DNA of 64,000 bases from Octopus vulgaris. Taxonomy: Eukaryota. Shown one piece after another: positions 1 through 13,844 of this stretch; the first letter of the stretch is position 1, and every line of letters starts with the position of its first letter. The position numbers and the translations under genes were made by a program. The stretch spans positions 88,722,001 through 88,786,000 of the forward strand of contig OX597815.1 in the NCBI GenBank assembly GCA_951406725.2, in the 5' to 3' direction. The notes beneath the pieces were generated by a model. That model made no database searches, was not told the origin of the DNA, and saw only the letters and a program-made list of their open reading frames with translations.

Positions 1-1118
1 ATTTAAAATCCAAATACGAATATTCGGCTTTGAAAACTAGTTTAATACATCGAGGATAGAGGAAGAAAAAAAAGAAAGAAAAGAAAAGAAAGAATAAGAA
101 AAAGTTTTAATCGCTTAAAAAAGATTAATTACATGCAAAAACCTTGGAAACAAGCAAAGCTAGGTCAAAATAGTAGACAACTACACAACTTGCTTAAACA
201 GTGACAGTGTGGAGAGAAGGTAGTGAATACAACAGCTATCATTGTTCTCGACCGTCGGCAAGTAGAAGTTTGTTTATGACAGGTAAGAGCAGTAGTAATA
301 GTAATAGCTTGTGTTGTAGTAATAACAGCAGCCGTACCAAGTAGCTCCAGGTAACTTCAATATAGCCACCGGCAGAAACTGGTCTACACTACCTGATTTC
401 AGTAACTGTTTGAAGCTTAAATGTGCCTGGTTTGAGTTGAATCGACAAAAGGATCGATTGGATAAATAAAAACATGTACCAACATCTCGCCCCATCTCTC
501 TTTCTCTCTCCCTGTCTCTCATACATGTGTGTGTGTGTGCTCTCAAACATATAGGAAAATAATACTTTTTTAGACGAGCTGACTAATAAATAATAAAGTT
601 GAAAATCTACGTGAAGTATTTAAGAAAATTTGTTTACGTCAATTTAACGTATTTCACAATTCCATGATTTTCAAAAGTTGTGTGCGACAGCAAAGTGGAA
701 CGATGTTGCAACTGTCTCATTTGCTCTTATAAAATCATTTTGGCTCAAATAATCATCCTTTAAAATATAGTTTAATTGGTTGATGGTCGCTAGATAAGGC
801 ACAGAATTTGGTTAATGCTTTAGGGCTTCACACTGTATGAATGATAATTGTGCCCAAAGATAGATTAAAGTTGTGTCAATCCAATGAATGCGTCATGTGA
901 AAGCACGACAATAATGCATAGATATAGAACTACACATTTTCAAACACACGCAAACTCACACACACATGCACCCATATTATAGATAAAATAAAGTATAACG
1001 TCTGGTCTTCATATAAACGACAGTTCCCCAATAACAAAATTTCTTAGTCTTTGTACCGATGTTAGAAAACGAGTACTATTATTAGTATTATTAGTAGTAT
1101 TATTGTTATCATAATTAC

Positions 1119-1793
1119 TAAGGCTACGAGTCGACAAAATCGTTAACATGCCAGGCAAAATGCTTAGTGACATTGCGTCCGTCTTTATGTTTTGAATTCA
1201 AACTTCGCCGAGATCAACTTTGCTTTTCATTCTTCCGGGGTCAATAGAATAGAACCAGTTGAATACTGAGGTCAATGTAATCGACTTACCTCCACTACTG
1301 AAATTGCTGGCTTTGTGCTAAAATTTGAAATTCTCATTATTGATATTAAGGCAGAATTGTTAGCACGTTGAGTAAAATGTCTAGCGGCCGTTCTGAGTTC
1401 AAATTCCACTGAGGCCGACTTTGCTTTTCATCTTTTTGGGGTAGATAAAATAAGTACCACTTGAGTACTGGCTCGATGTAATCAAATATCCCACTCCTAA
1501 AAATTTCAGCTCTTGTGCCTAAAGCAGAAAGGATTATTATTATTAAAGCAGCGAGTTAGTATTAATATTGCTTTTTAAGGCGGCGAGTTGGCAGAATCCT
1601 TACCGCGCCGGAAAAATGTTTAGCGGTATTTCTTTTAGCTTTATGTAGTTAGTTCAAATTACGTCGAGGTTAAGTTTGCTTTTCAGCCTTTCGGGGTCGA
1701 TAAAATATATATCAGTTGAGCACTGGGATCGCTGTTATCGACTTTCCCCCTTCCCCACAATTTCGAGCCTTGTGCCTATGGTAGAAAGAATTA
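1119..1793 (+). mobile_element. Head-to-tail cluster of 3-4 diverged tRNA-derived SINEs (family A, Meta-domain-like; resembles octopus OK-type SINE)
   Basis: Repeated pattern aaggcggcgagytggcagaatc...gttcaaatt...gcctttcatcctttcggggtcgataaaataagtaccagtt...ccttgtgccta, separated by (att)n linkers; many more copies elsewhere in the window. Confidence 0.85.
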
Positions 1794-2286
1794 TCGATAT
1801 TCCTTTCATTCACTCGACACTTCGTTGTTGTTCTGTCGGTATAGGATTGCCTGATATCAAGCCGTAACCGTAATTTTAGGTAACTGGCACATCTCTTGTT
1901 CTTGCAATGCGAAGCAAACAGGTTTCCTGTGGAAATTCACCTCGATATCCAAGAAATAACCATTTAATCTTCTTTCTGGTGTTACTAACACTCATGTTAT
2001 AACTGAAATAATTGCAGTTTTACAGTAATTCCAAAGTTACTGAGATTGGTACTTCTTGTTTTCTCACATTCTTTGATTACAACTGTTATATCAGATGGAT
2101 AAGCAACATTGATTTAGCAACACACTTTTACCTCTTTATTCAGTACAACCATATTTCATTGTGAATGGTCTGCTTATCAATTCTTTCAAATTTTGTATCT
2201 CATAGTACGTTTTATTGTCATTTTTTTTGTTTATTTTATGTTCGTAGTTTATTTAAATAAGAATGATTTTAAATATTTAAATATCC

Positions 2287-2695
2287 GCAGGAGTGGCTGT
2301 GTGGTAAGAAGCTTACTTCCTAACCACATGGTTCCGGGTTCAGTCCTACTGCGTGGAACCTTGGGCAAGCGTCTTCTGCTAGAGCTTCGGGCCGATCAAA
2401 GCCTCGTGAGTGGATTTGGTAGACGGAAACTGAAAGAAGCCCGTCGTATATATATCTATATGTATATATATGTGTTTGTTGTTTGTGCCTGTGTTTGTCC
2501 CCCCACCATCTCTTGACAACCGATGCTGTTGTGTCTACGTCCCCGTCACTTAGTGGTTCGGCAAAAAGAGATCAATAGAATAAGTACTAGGCTTACAAAG
2601 AATAAGTCCTGGGGTCGATTTTATTCGGCTAAAGGTGGTGTTCCAGCATGACCGCAGTCAAATGACTGAAACGAGTAAAAGAGTCAAGAGTAAAA
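2287..2695 (+). mobile_element. Full-length CORE-type tRNA-derived SINE (family B)
   Basis: tRNA-like head ggagtggctgtgtggtaag...gggttcagtcc, CORE-like ccttgggcaag, internal (TA)/(TG) tract, 3' tail ggtggtgttccagcatgaccgcagtcaaatgactgaaac + (gagtaaaa)n; second full copy at 61366-61805. Confidence 0.85.
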
Positions 2696-2879
2696 AGCGT
2701 AAGAATGAATTTAAAGATTCGACAATATGCGATTGTAACAAATTTGTCATGTATCCAGTTTTTACAAAAACAAAGCAAAAAATACAAACAAAAACAACTT
2801 CTGAAATAGGTATTTTACATTCAAAGACAACATGCTCAACATCTCTACTCTTTCATCACACATTTTACATGTAATTGAG

Positions 2880-4450
2880 ATCTTTTCCTTATCTCTATCT
2901 TTCCCAAATTATCTTGTACTGAAAGCTTGATCTTGGGCAACTAGGACTACACACTCCTCTGTCGCTTTCTTCATTTTTTTTCATTGTTTGCCCACTAAAA
3001 TGACTTTTGATCTCGATACCTTTCAGTTCCTTGGAAAATGTAGTTAATGTGTTTTCTGTTCGTATCATTGTTTCCTAGTTCAGAGAATACGTATATCCTT
3101 ACCTCTTCTATTAAAAGCAACATGCTTCCTTGAGCTCTCTACTTTTACTCTCACACAATCTTTTCCACCAACCAATCCTCTTCTCCAATACTTTTTGTTG
3201 AAATACACTTTATTCACATTGGTTTGTGCGCGGCAAACTCTGTAGGTTATCAGTAATTTCCATTTTTTTCTATCCACCTTCTTAAGATCTTCCTTTATTC
3301 ATTATCTTGGCGCTACAGTTCATGATGGTTGCTGCTTTTAGATTTATGGCAGTGATGGTATTGTGCCATTGATTTTGGGTTTTAATATCCTTCTCTACTG
3401 TCTGGGAATATTTTCTGATTTTGTTATTTTATCATCAGCTTTCTACACTGCCAGATATTTATAGCCATCATCTATATCAGTCTTCGTATATTATCATTAT
3501 TCCGTCATTTTCACGGTATTTCTCTTACTTTGTCTCAATGTCTCACGCCCGGAATATCAAACTCCATTCTGGTGTTATTGCTAAACACTCTCACCGCACT
3601 TACAAACGCATCCAATTGTCCCCCAGTCTTCCCATATAAATTTAGTCCTCTATGATTAACAAATTGTGAACTATAACCAGGTTTTTTACTTTGACTTTAC
3701 CAAGTAAGTGTTCTCCTGATGTTAGTTCTGTTTCCCAGTTTCTCATATTATTCATATTCACTGACGTTGTTTTGGATTCTGAAGGCACTCAAAATTTTCA
3801 AAATTATAGAATGGGGGACCATATCATATGTTTTTAAAATCATTTTTGTAATCGATCCACTTCCTTCTGAAAGTAATTCGTCTTCTATTGTAATTTCTTA
3901 TCGCTTAATAGTTGGCCTTTTGTTCCGTTTGAATTTCTTCGGCACCCTTCCTCTTCATTAGGGAATAGATTTTATCCTCAAATATACTTGTTAACAATTT
4001 TCATAGTAGAGTAAAACAAGTTATTGCTCTTTAGCTTGAAGCCTCAGCATCTTTGCCTGTCATTCATAACGAAGGATGTCTTGCTTTAGCCATCCAGTTT
4101 GCGATATTTCACTTCGAAGACATTCAACAGTTTAGTACTTAGCTGGCTCTTTTGATGTTCTTCAGCTAGAACTCATGAAGTTCATTTTACCAGGTTGCCT
4201 TCCGATTAAGTAGTTTGAAAGCTTCTTCCGCAATGACCCCCGGAATGATTACTTTGTCAGCCTATGTTTTAATGGGCTTATTGAGTTTTCTACATCGATT
4301 TGCTCTGCTTCTACGCTATGGATAATTTTTTTGATCTATACACCATCCTGAAATATTCTGCTTCTAATATTTCCTAGTTGAGTCTTCTGCACTCACTCTG
4401 AAAAGTATCCACAAATCCTACCGAAAGACAACTGAAACTACCAGCGTATT
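2880..4450 (-). mobile_element. Decayed R4/Dong-clade non-LTR retrotransposon, RT region
   Basis: Frameshifted minus-strand peptides KLLNRKA.PGKNELHEF*LK, EEEGCRRNSNGTKGQLLSDK, DRKKWKLL...RGLVGGKDCV and KKATEECVVLVAQDQAFST match R4/Dong motifs (NWKAPG, QKGCRRNSRGTKDQLLIDK, GGRGL, AAQDQAL). Confidence 0.8.
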
Positions 4451-5382
4451 GATTTCATTGACTCCCAGAGTCTCATTCAGGACGGCATTGTTTTTGCTTG
4501 CCACTGACCTTCTATACAACGCCAGAATGGAGCTTCCACCAACTGTATCTGCTGATTAGCAGAGAGCTGTGAGCGCCTGACGACACTCAAGGTGCCAGAC
4601 GCCCTGCTTCGATGTACGTTTGATCCAAGACCGCAGATGCGTGGAAGAGAGATGTTATGTAAAAGTGAGCCTGACAAGCAGTGACCACACCTGCTCATCG
4701 CCAAGGAAGCGCTGGAGAAGTAGTCTCAGTTCCTACCTGCGCATCAATAAGCACAGTATGCCCAGCCCTTCATGCAGCAGATGTTGACTGCAAATGGACC
4801 GTCTAACCGGCAGAATCCCTTCCCTGCAACAGAAAGTGGAAGATCAAATGCTCTAATCTGGTCAGCCATGCAGTAGAATAAGGTATAACAGTTAGGCGGA
4901 AGTACATGACGGTTTCAATGTAGACACTCACTACCTCTGCCCTACCGTTCAGTAATATTTTCCTCCTGACTCATAATAGTTGTTCAGTGGAGTGAATTGC
5001 TTGAATCAGTAACTTATTGAACTAAAAGCATTGCAGTATCTCGCTGTGGATTTTTCGTTTTTTTTTTTATTCTTTGGAGCTCATAAAAACCGTTCCACGC
5101 ATCTTAACGATGTACTTGAGTCGAATCAGTGGTTTATATCCACATTTTACTCTTAGTTCCTCGTTTAATTTTAAGGTAACCTACAGCTATAAGTTATATG
5201 AAAACTAAATTATAATCTGGTTTGAAATAGCTCATGAGTCATGACGATCTGTGTTGCGATATTCAATTTTATCCTTCAAAATCACGGAAGTTCAAATTTG
5301 GTCATTCATAGTGGCTCATTAGAAAAGGACCAGTAAACAAGCCTGCTACGATTTAATGGACTAAACACGTGAAAACTTCAAA

Positions 5383-5520
5383 TTACTACTACTACTACTA
5401 CTACTACTACTAACACGTTTTTCAAGTCGACGAATTTAAATATATACCAGACAAACTTTAGTCGCAGTTTTGAGATAACTACCAATATTGACGTTACTAC
5501 TAATACTACTACTACTGCTG

Positions 5521-5612
<92 letters not shown>

Positions 5613-5631
5613 GCTACTACTACTACTACTA
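5383..5631. repeat. (CTA)n microsatellite tracts
   Basis: Direct inspection; source of the poly-Ser ORF 5436..5693. Confidence 0.95.
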
Positions 5632-6439
5632 ACTAGTTTTTCAAGTCGACGAATTTTTATTGAGTAGTTATAGTCAAATGAATCGAACTGCATATGTGCC
5701 TGGTACTAAGCGCTTCCCACACCTATACGACCGTCACCACAAATAGCGCCGTTACCACGTCGCTAAAATACTACTAAAAACACAAATTCCCCTCTAACCA
5801 CACTGACATTGCTTTATCATCTGCAACCACTACTCTTAAGTACATGAATAGATATAGACGAAATATAGCAAAACAATATAAAAAGACAATAAATATGATC
5901 TTTGTCGCGTAATCAATTTAGGCCGGAAGATATTTCGTCTGGTGGCGGTTGTTTGCTCACATGACTCAACAATAGACTACTTTCAATACTTTAATATATT
6001 TGCTAAACCTTATCTACGAAGTGGGAATTTTCAAAGAAATAATGAAGTGTTCGATCAATATAATTTGTACAGACGAAGGCAAAGCTGTTATAGAAACGAT
6101 GGTTTGCTGAACGAAATGCCTTGAAGTGATATATTTAGTTTAGTCCCTCTAGTTCTGATGTTGAGAAAAAGAAAATATAAGAGATAGAATAGTACAGCAA
6201 GTTGATCGAAAATACAGACTATGAATTCTTGATACTAATATACTACGAGTTTAATTCATGAGTGTATATACAAGCTGCAAATAAACAAATAATTAAATAA
6301 ACAAATTAAAATAAAAACAAAAATATAAAATCATTCCTAGGCAATAATTTCACAGCGAGATAAATGAATATGGATAAGATTCCGTATACTAATTTATTCA
6401 TAAACCACATTCTATAATTTTTCTATATCCCATTGTGAG

Positions 6440-6860
6440 CAACAGCGTCACTGATTCCAGGTTTCCAAAGGCTAATCATTGGGTCACTACATTTACAATG
6501 TAGAGTGACAATGAATTGTCTGCTCAACTCCCTCAGAAGAAATATCATGAGCAACCTTTGTTTTCTTGTCTATATTTATCTATTTCGTCGAAATACATCA
6601 AAGAAATATTTTATATACGTATATTCTTTAATATTTATTATGAAGCCGTTAACCTCGAAGAATCTGTCTGGTATAATTTTGTCTACATTCCAATATGTAA
6701 TCTTTTGCTACTTTTCTTTTACATTGTAGCGACACCATTTCTTTTGCCTTTATTTTGGTTCACTCTTCTCATATGTGTTGTTCTAATCAATGAGACATTA
6801 GTAGCTGGTGCAGCTAATTTTTTCGATAAAGGCACGTGAAGATCATTTCTCTCTTTCTCA
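6440..6860 (-). mobile_element. Possible highly decayed LINE apurinic-endonuclease remnant
   Basis: Minus-strand RRVNQNKGKRNGVA resembles the R.DR...GGGVA motif; otherwise broken by stops. Confidence 0.25.
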
Positions 6861-7957
6861 CTTGAAAGCCATTTCCTCGACACAAGGGAGTCTTTCTTTG
6901 TTTCATTGGTTTATATAACGAATATGCACTAGGTGTTATTCTGATTGCACTTCACTTTCTCTTGCTAGCAGTTAACTTCTATCTCGGTATCCACTTGACA
7001 GTATGTACACTGAATTAGAACTGGCATACGTTGTTTAACACTTATAACTTCTCGTTCATAGAAAAATCACAACTCATTTGTTGACTGTCATTCAATGATT
7101 GTCACACATCATTATCTAAAACAATGTAAATAAAGGCTCACGTCAGCCGTCATATTCTATTCTATTTAAAGTGCTTCGAACAACTAATTACTTCAATTCT
7201 GATGTATATGAGAAAAGCTTGTATCAACAATAAGATACTGAAGCAGGCCTATTTGGAGAACGATCAGACATCTGAAGCAACACGTCACCAGATTAGTTCT
7301 ATCTCATCATTTCACTTCTTTTTCTCTACTCCTAATTCTGCATCCGCAGTTAAAACAACATTGCATGCGAAATTTCGTCTGTTCGGTTTAACATCACTAT
7401 TTCCTCTTCATACTAGTCGTTCTGTTTCTATACACACGGCGTACTCGCTATGTACAAGTTGTTGGATAACAACTTGAATTCTCTACTGGAAAAAGATTCA
7501 ACATAGCATATTCCTTACCCTGTCTTCTCCGTTTACTAAATCTTATTCTACATCCCTCACTTTTTCTACTTGACATGCACACTTAGTCTCTTTCTCTCTC
7601 AATCACTTTACCTCGACACATGCAAGCGCACACACATAAATGCTGGTGCGTCACTGGTAGCTTGCTTACATACACAGATACATGATTCACTGTCGCCAAA
7701 ATATCACAAGCCTTTATGTTGGCGTCAATAGGAATTTCCTTTGTCACGTAACCATGTCATTTTTCAGAAGAAGTATGTCACATGGCTTACCTTGTGGTTA
7801 TTATCAGCCAATCTGGCTGTGTATCTTTGGAATGTTCGTCCAGAGTCCGAACGTGCTAAACAAAATATTATAAAAATTTTCGGGCTGGAATTAAAACAAG
7901 AGGCCTCTCGGTAGTAGCAACTGATCATCTGATTCTCGCAGAAAGAAAAATAAGATC

Positions 7958-7981
7958 ACGCACACACACGCACGCACGCAC

Positions 7982-8049
<68 letters not shown>
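7958..8049. repeat. (CA)n microsatellite
   Basis: Direct inspection. Confidence 0.95.
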
Positions 8050-8051
<2 letters not shown>

Positions 8052-8254
8052 TATTATTTTTGAATGCTCCTACATTCCTAATGGTAATTTTAATTGTGTT
8101 TTTCTGAAGGACAGTGAACTTACCCAGGGAACTTTTATTCACTGCGATAAACATTTTGAATTTCATGCTGGAAATTCTCTGTTCATTTTCAGACATATTT
8201 TACAAACACTCTTTGCACTTTAATATGTGAAAGATAGTATATGGTTCAAGAGGT

Positions 8255-9330
8255 ATTTCAGGACATATTTGAACACCTGTCATCTAGCAAAAACTAAATG
8301 TATTTTAATCAACATTTGTTCTCGATAAAGCTTTCTTATAGGATTATTCTATGAATCAACCTTTAACTTTGTAACTGATTCAATGCTAGACAGAATCGTC
8401 AACATGCCTGCACTAAATGGATCTTACTCATTTCAGACATTGCCTGGACAACAGCAGCTTTCACCGAATAGATGGTATTTCAACAACAATGTTTCAAACA
8501 TAGTAGAACATAGGATTTAAATTTAGCGAGCTTGGAGGCCATAAGTTTGGTGTTAAATGATCGTAAATATTGCATGGCATCCTTTCTTGGGTTAGTGGGC
8601 TTTGTGAGAAGGTGCCGAGTCTTGTTGAAGTGCGTATGAACCTCTGACGCATACTTCAACGATCTAAGGCTTAACAACTGTTTCTATTACCTAAAGGTAT
8701 CCAACAATATCAATTCTAAGACGCCATGGAAAGATGTAAGGTGGCATGATATGACCTTCGTTATTCAACACTCTTAAAACCATTACAGTTCCTGGAAACT
8801 TAGTGCGTGTCACTCTGAGGATCTGCTCATAACCATCTGTTATTTCTCATGGACTTGGTCGAAATTTGTCACATAGAACAAGAACGAAAGCATGCTATAT
8901 ACGTGGGAGTTTTTAATCTTGTTAAGAAACCGCTCGACACTGAACGAACGGTTTTCCTGTGTCTTTGCAGACATGAATTGACATTTCCTCAGTACATTCG
9001 ACTTGTATCGAATGTTTCTGTGCACCAAATTTCGGTTACTTCATTCCAGCACCTGAAGTTATTTGACTATGCTTCTCATGTCCGAACGTTTAGAATGTTT
9101 AATCATTGTGTCTTTGATACAACAAAACCATTTCTGCCAGAGGCTTCAAACAACATCCAAATTTTGTGTACAAAAGATTTTGCAGCATTCAGTATTTTGG
9201 CAATTTCTAAACCACTGCGTTCCGCATATATGGTAGCAATGAAGTGTGTGTCTTTTTATTTCTTGAGTTAACATGTTATCTGCCAAGGTGTATCTGAAAG
9301 AAATATAAACATGTTAACTGTCTTGAAGAC
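8255..9330 (-). mobile_element. Decayed maT (DD37D) Tc1/mariner transposase pseudogene
   Basis: Minus strand reads TKFPGTVMVL..NEGHIMPPYIFP..VVKP..QQDSAPSHKA.LTQERM..DHLTPNLWPPSSLNLNPMFYYV. Allowing one frameshift, 37 residues separate the second catalytic D from the mutated third D position. Element ends are approximate. Confidence 0.8.
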
Positions 9331-9443
9331 AGTAATACACTGGTAATTAAGGTATGAGGGGTATCCTCGAATAACCCTTATACCGTATACTGTATGGTTA
9401 AATTATCGTACTTTTAACGCTAATAATAGTTTCGTAAATACTA

Positions 9444-9638
9444 AGTCAGCGAACTGGGCAAAATGCTTAGCGGCATTTCGTTCGTCTTCTCGTTCTGAAT
9501 TCAAATTCCGCCGAGATCGTCTTTACCTTTCATGCTTTCGGGGTCGATGAAATAAATGCCAGTTGAACACTAGAAATGATGTAATCGACTTATGCCCTTC
9601 CTTGGAAATCCTGGACTTGTGCCAAATTTGAAAGCAAT
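9444..9638 (+). mobile_element. SINE family A copy
   Basis: aaaatgcttagcggcatttcg...gaattcaaattccgccgag...cggggtcgat...cttgtgccaaatttgaaa. Confidence 0.85.
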
Positions 9639-10199
9639 ATTTTCGTAAATACTTTACTACATGAATTCATACCGATAAATTTGTATTTTTTAGCTATAGT
9701 TAACTGTGCCATGTTCTTCGTTACTGCCTATTTTCTCAGGTTCGATATAATTTATTTATGTTTTTATCAACGTTATTGTATAAGTTTTAAAATATCTCAG
9801 GAGACAGAAGAGGTGAATTCAAATAGATCCTAAATACAAGTTTCCGAAACATTTCTCGTGGGTACCTAATTTCACAGCGAAACTAAAACTAAACATATTT
9901 TGATATGAGTCCATATGTTTTTTTATGAATCCTTTTATTTCTTGCTTAGACTCCTTGTCAGCTTTGACTGGCTTTCCAACTGTGATCATCCAATCTTTTT
10001 AAAACAACTAGTGTCTTTTCTCTGTAATACGGTAGGGTGACATTTGAACCAGAACCTGCGTAAAGAAATCGTATTGACATTTCTTTTAGCTATTTATTTT
10101 GTTCTTTAAAATATTACGTTGAAATTCTATTTAATATGATCGTGCCTTTCATTCTTCCAGTGGCTATAGACATGCCGTAGTAGTAGAAGACAAAGACAG

Positions 10200-11260
10200 A
10201 ATGAACATCGTGTTTGTGTGCTAAATTTTATAGTGTGTTGATAACTGATGTTCTTTCAGCAATGATGTTGTAATCTTAACGAAATGGCTATTTGTAGCTT
10301 GCTTCGAGAATGTAGTTATAACTAATACAGATAAACAATGTTAACATTTTGAAAGGTAAATTGGTGTGCTGGTTGTTGTTAAAGTAAATGTTCAATATTT
10401 AGAAAACAGTATTCCAGGAACGTATTTAGAAAACATTTGAAGCAAGAAACTAAAAGTAAACTACATAAACGAAGTCAGAATACTCAAGAGGCAAGCCAAT
10501 TTAAGAGCAGGCTTTAATTCATTAAAAGTTATAAATTCTGTTGAAAGACATGTTAGAGATAGTCGTTTACAAAGTTTTTATAGCTGCGGCAGGTGGAAAA
10601 TCTCGATAATATTCAAACATTTCTATTGTTATAATTACATTAAAATAACACATTATCCTTCTCTCCTAAACACAAGACACCAATACAGATGACAAAGTGG
10701 ATAAATCAGTAGAACAATACTTCAAAATAGTTTAAGAATAATCATGTTTTTCTTTCGAGAGTAGAACGACGCGTAACAAAGTTCGCTGAAGTTTCATTAG
10801 TTTTATTGGATTGCAGTGTCGGTAGACAGGTCAAAGATTATTTCATGGATCTCGACAAGTTCAGTTGAAGCACTATCACATCTGAGGCATACCCTAACGG
10901 GGCTAAATCTCTAACTGATAAAGTAAATTATTCATCAATGGGATAATGAATGTGAGCATAGCGAGAATTTGATTCCAAAAGTTCAAATTCTTGAATGCAA
11001 ATGTTGCCTTTATTACGGATATACCTCCACAACATTACACTTGCTGGCGTGGAAAACTAGTTTGGCACGCTCATTCTTATAGAGTAAGCTAAAAGTTATT
11101 CACAAAGTGTTGAGCTAATGCTCATAAAAAGGATTTTGCTGAAATTAAGTCGTTAGAGGGAAGAGAGTCAAATGCAGGGATTGATAGATTTTAGACTCCA
11201 GAAGTAAACAGTTTTCGAGACGATACCAGCTTAATGCTCATGCGGTCCATCGCTGGTAGA
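10200..11260 (+). mobile_element. Possible very old hAT (Buster/SPIN-like) transposase remnant
   Basis: Weak peptide traces such as NVAFITDI (cf. LAFLTDI) and SVEQYFK..FSF; heavily disrupted, boundaries uncertain. Confidence 0.3.
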
Positions 11261-12170
11261 GTGGTAAGTGGCTATTTGGGGGCATTCCTATCATTCAAAT
11301 AAAAACTTCAGTTCGGGAGCGTGTATATATTCTGCTAAACCGAAAATGTAAAATAACATGGTCAAGCAAGAAATGACAGCTGATAATGAGATGTTGCATA
11401 AAGGGAGGGCAAACTGAAAACAGTAATATGTATAAATAATTAACGGATATTTATTCAAGGAAGGTAGCGCCTCCTTAAAATCAATATGAATATATTGATT
11501 TAAATTTTGACAAATGCGGCATTCAGGTTCATATTGTCTCAAAGTTGTCTGCCAGTCGGCTGTTATGAGGTCGGCGTATGTTGTTCGCGACCCGAATGAA
11601 ATGTGGAATTCTGAGAGGTTACTTTGTAAAACGTTACAGCGTACGCCATGCGATAATGCATCTACGATAGACAACCGTGGAATTCAGTGTTAAGTAAGAT
11701 TTTGTTAGTAACCCCTTATTACTAAGGTATCTCATGGATCAGTAGGAAAAGTTCTAGTCACTAGTGTAATACTTTTACTTTTAATAGAACTTTCAAGTTT
11801 TATTTCGAAGATGCAAGTTACAGATTTTTGTTGATTTACTAAGATAAATCCTCTGCCAAAGAGAGAGTGGAACCTCTCTTTTGATAGCCTCCACTAACGC
11901 ACAAAATTCTTTCTCTATAGCAAGATAATCTCCTTTTGACAGAATTTAGTTAACGAAAAGAAAACAAAAAGATTTCTATATTCTTAACATTTTGATTAAG
12001 AACAGTGTTGATAGTTTTATGATTCGTAATGTCTAATCAAATCCATGGAGATATGTGTAGCACTGGAATATTCAAGTCGTAGCCCATGTTCCATAACGAA
12101 TATTCCAACTATTGGTAAATTAAATTGAAACAAAAATTATCCAAAATGATGCTAACTTTAATTCACCAAA

Positions 12171-12391
12171 ATTTCTTTTCTACTCTAGGCACAAAGCCTG
12201 AAATTTTTTGGGAGGGGACTAGTCGATTAGATCGACCCCAGTACGCAACTGGTACTTAATTTACCCACAACTGAAAGTATGAAAGGCAAAGTCGACCTCG
12301 GGGGAATTTGAACTCAGACCGTAAAGACAGACGAAATAGCGCTAATAATTTCGCCCGGCGTACTAACATTTCTGCCAGCTCGACGCCTTAT
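12171..12391 (-). mobile_element. SINE family A copy
   Basis: Reverse complement of family A: ttcttttctactctaggcacaa...gtcgacctcgg..gaatttgaactcag...ctgccagctcgacgcctta. Confidence 0.9.
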
Positions 12392-12962
12392 TCACCAAAC
12401 TTTCTATTGAAATAATTGTCTGAAATATTTAAAAAGTATTTTCAGTGAGGGACGATGGCGGATCGCGTGGAAATTCAGCCATATCTATTGTTATGGTAAT
12501 AGAATCAAATAATTTCATTTAACAGTATATATTTTTAGTGATAATTATCTCGTTAATATAGTAAGAAGGAATGAAGATATTTATGGACGATTGTCTCCCG
12601 TATTTATGAAAATAGGTCAAGTGTTTTTACGTCTTCTGTAATTTATTTTACAAATGACCTGTTATAAATGTATAAGTGTTTGCTAATTTGACTTACTAAT
12701 TATTCACTTCAACCGGTTTAACTACAGAAAGATCAACCTGATATTTTAAAAACGTATCTCTGTTAGGGTAGGATATTACGAAGAGCATATAGCAATAAGT
12801 AACACCGCGAGAGCCGAGTTAGCAATTTGTTTCGACGCTAAATAATGTAATTTCATGTTATGTACGATGCCAATTCCACTGAGAAAGGCTTGGGCACCGC
12901 ATAATTATATTTAATCCTCCTATTACGTAACACACCTAATATGCATATCCACAAGGATATTC

Positions 12963-13117
<155 letters not shown>

Positions 13118-13279
13118 TGGGGAAAGAAAGAAAACAAATTTTCATGAGCCATTTTGGACATGAACAACGTTTCCATTTCGACTTATCTTTTAATTTAGCG
13201 TTGTAATAATTCCATCTTTCCTCCTTCACAACACAGCCAATATAACTGATCAACTATCCTATGAAATAATCCAGGGATC

Positions 13280-13620
13280 CCTGCTTAACTGTGTGGTTAG
13301 AAAGTTCGCATTACGACAACGTGGTTCCAGGTTAGCTCTCATTGCGCAGCCACTTTGGCGAATGTGTTTTTTTACAGCTTTAGTTTGACCGACCAATCAA
13401 TAAATTAGGAAACGACATTTGGTAGACAGAAACTGAAGAAGCTCGTGTGTGTTGTGGAAGTAAATTTTCTTATTGATATTTCTCTAGATGATGTACTGGC
13501 AGAATCGTTAAAACATCGGAGAAATGTCTCACAATAGTTACTTACGGCTCTTTACATTCTGGTTTCGAATCCCACCAAGATCAACTTTGTCATCCATTCT
13601 TTCAGGGTTGAGGAAACATT
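13280..13620 (+). mobile_element. Old 5' fragment of family B SINE followed by a family A fragment
   Basis: ctgtgtggttagaaag...atttggtagacagaaactgaagaagc matches 2295-2445; ctggcagaatcgtta at ~13496. Confidence 0.6.
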
Positions 13621-13811
13621 GTACCATCCACGCCGAAAGGTCATTTAGTCGCCAAACCGAGTGCCATCTCTTTTTTATATGTAAAAATTTAACATATCCA
13701 CCCCAACGCGTTTCCTGTTCTTTCTAAAGGATATTTTCAATCTCATGCGAACAATATTTCAGAAATTTTGAAATAACTGAGTATTTTATCGATTTCATGC
13801 TTAAGATATAA

Positions 13812-13844
<33 letters not shown>

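Noticed and set aside
283-350. Candidate signal-peptide exon (VRAVVIVIACVVVITAAVPSSS) between ag and gt
   Set aside because: Low-complexity (gta/ata) origin, weak acceptor, no partner exons found
8849-9271. 140-aa plus-strand ORF
   Set aside because: Antisense to the maT transposase remnant
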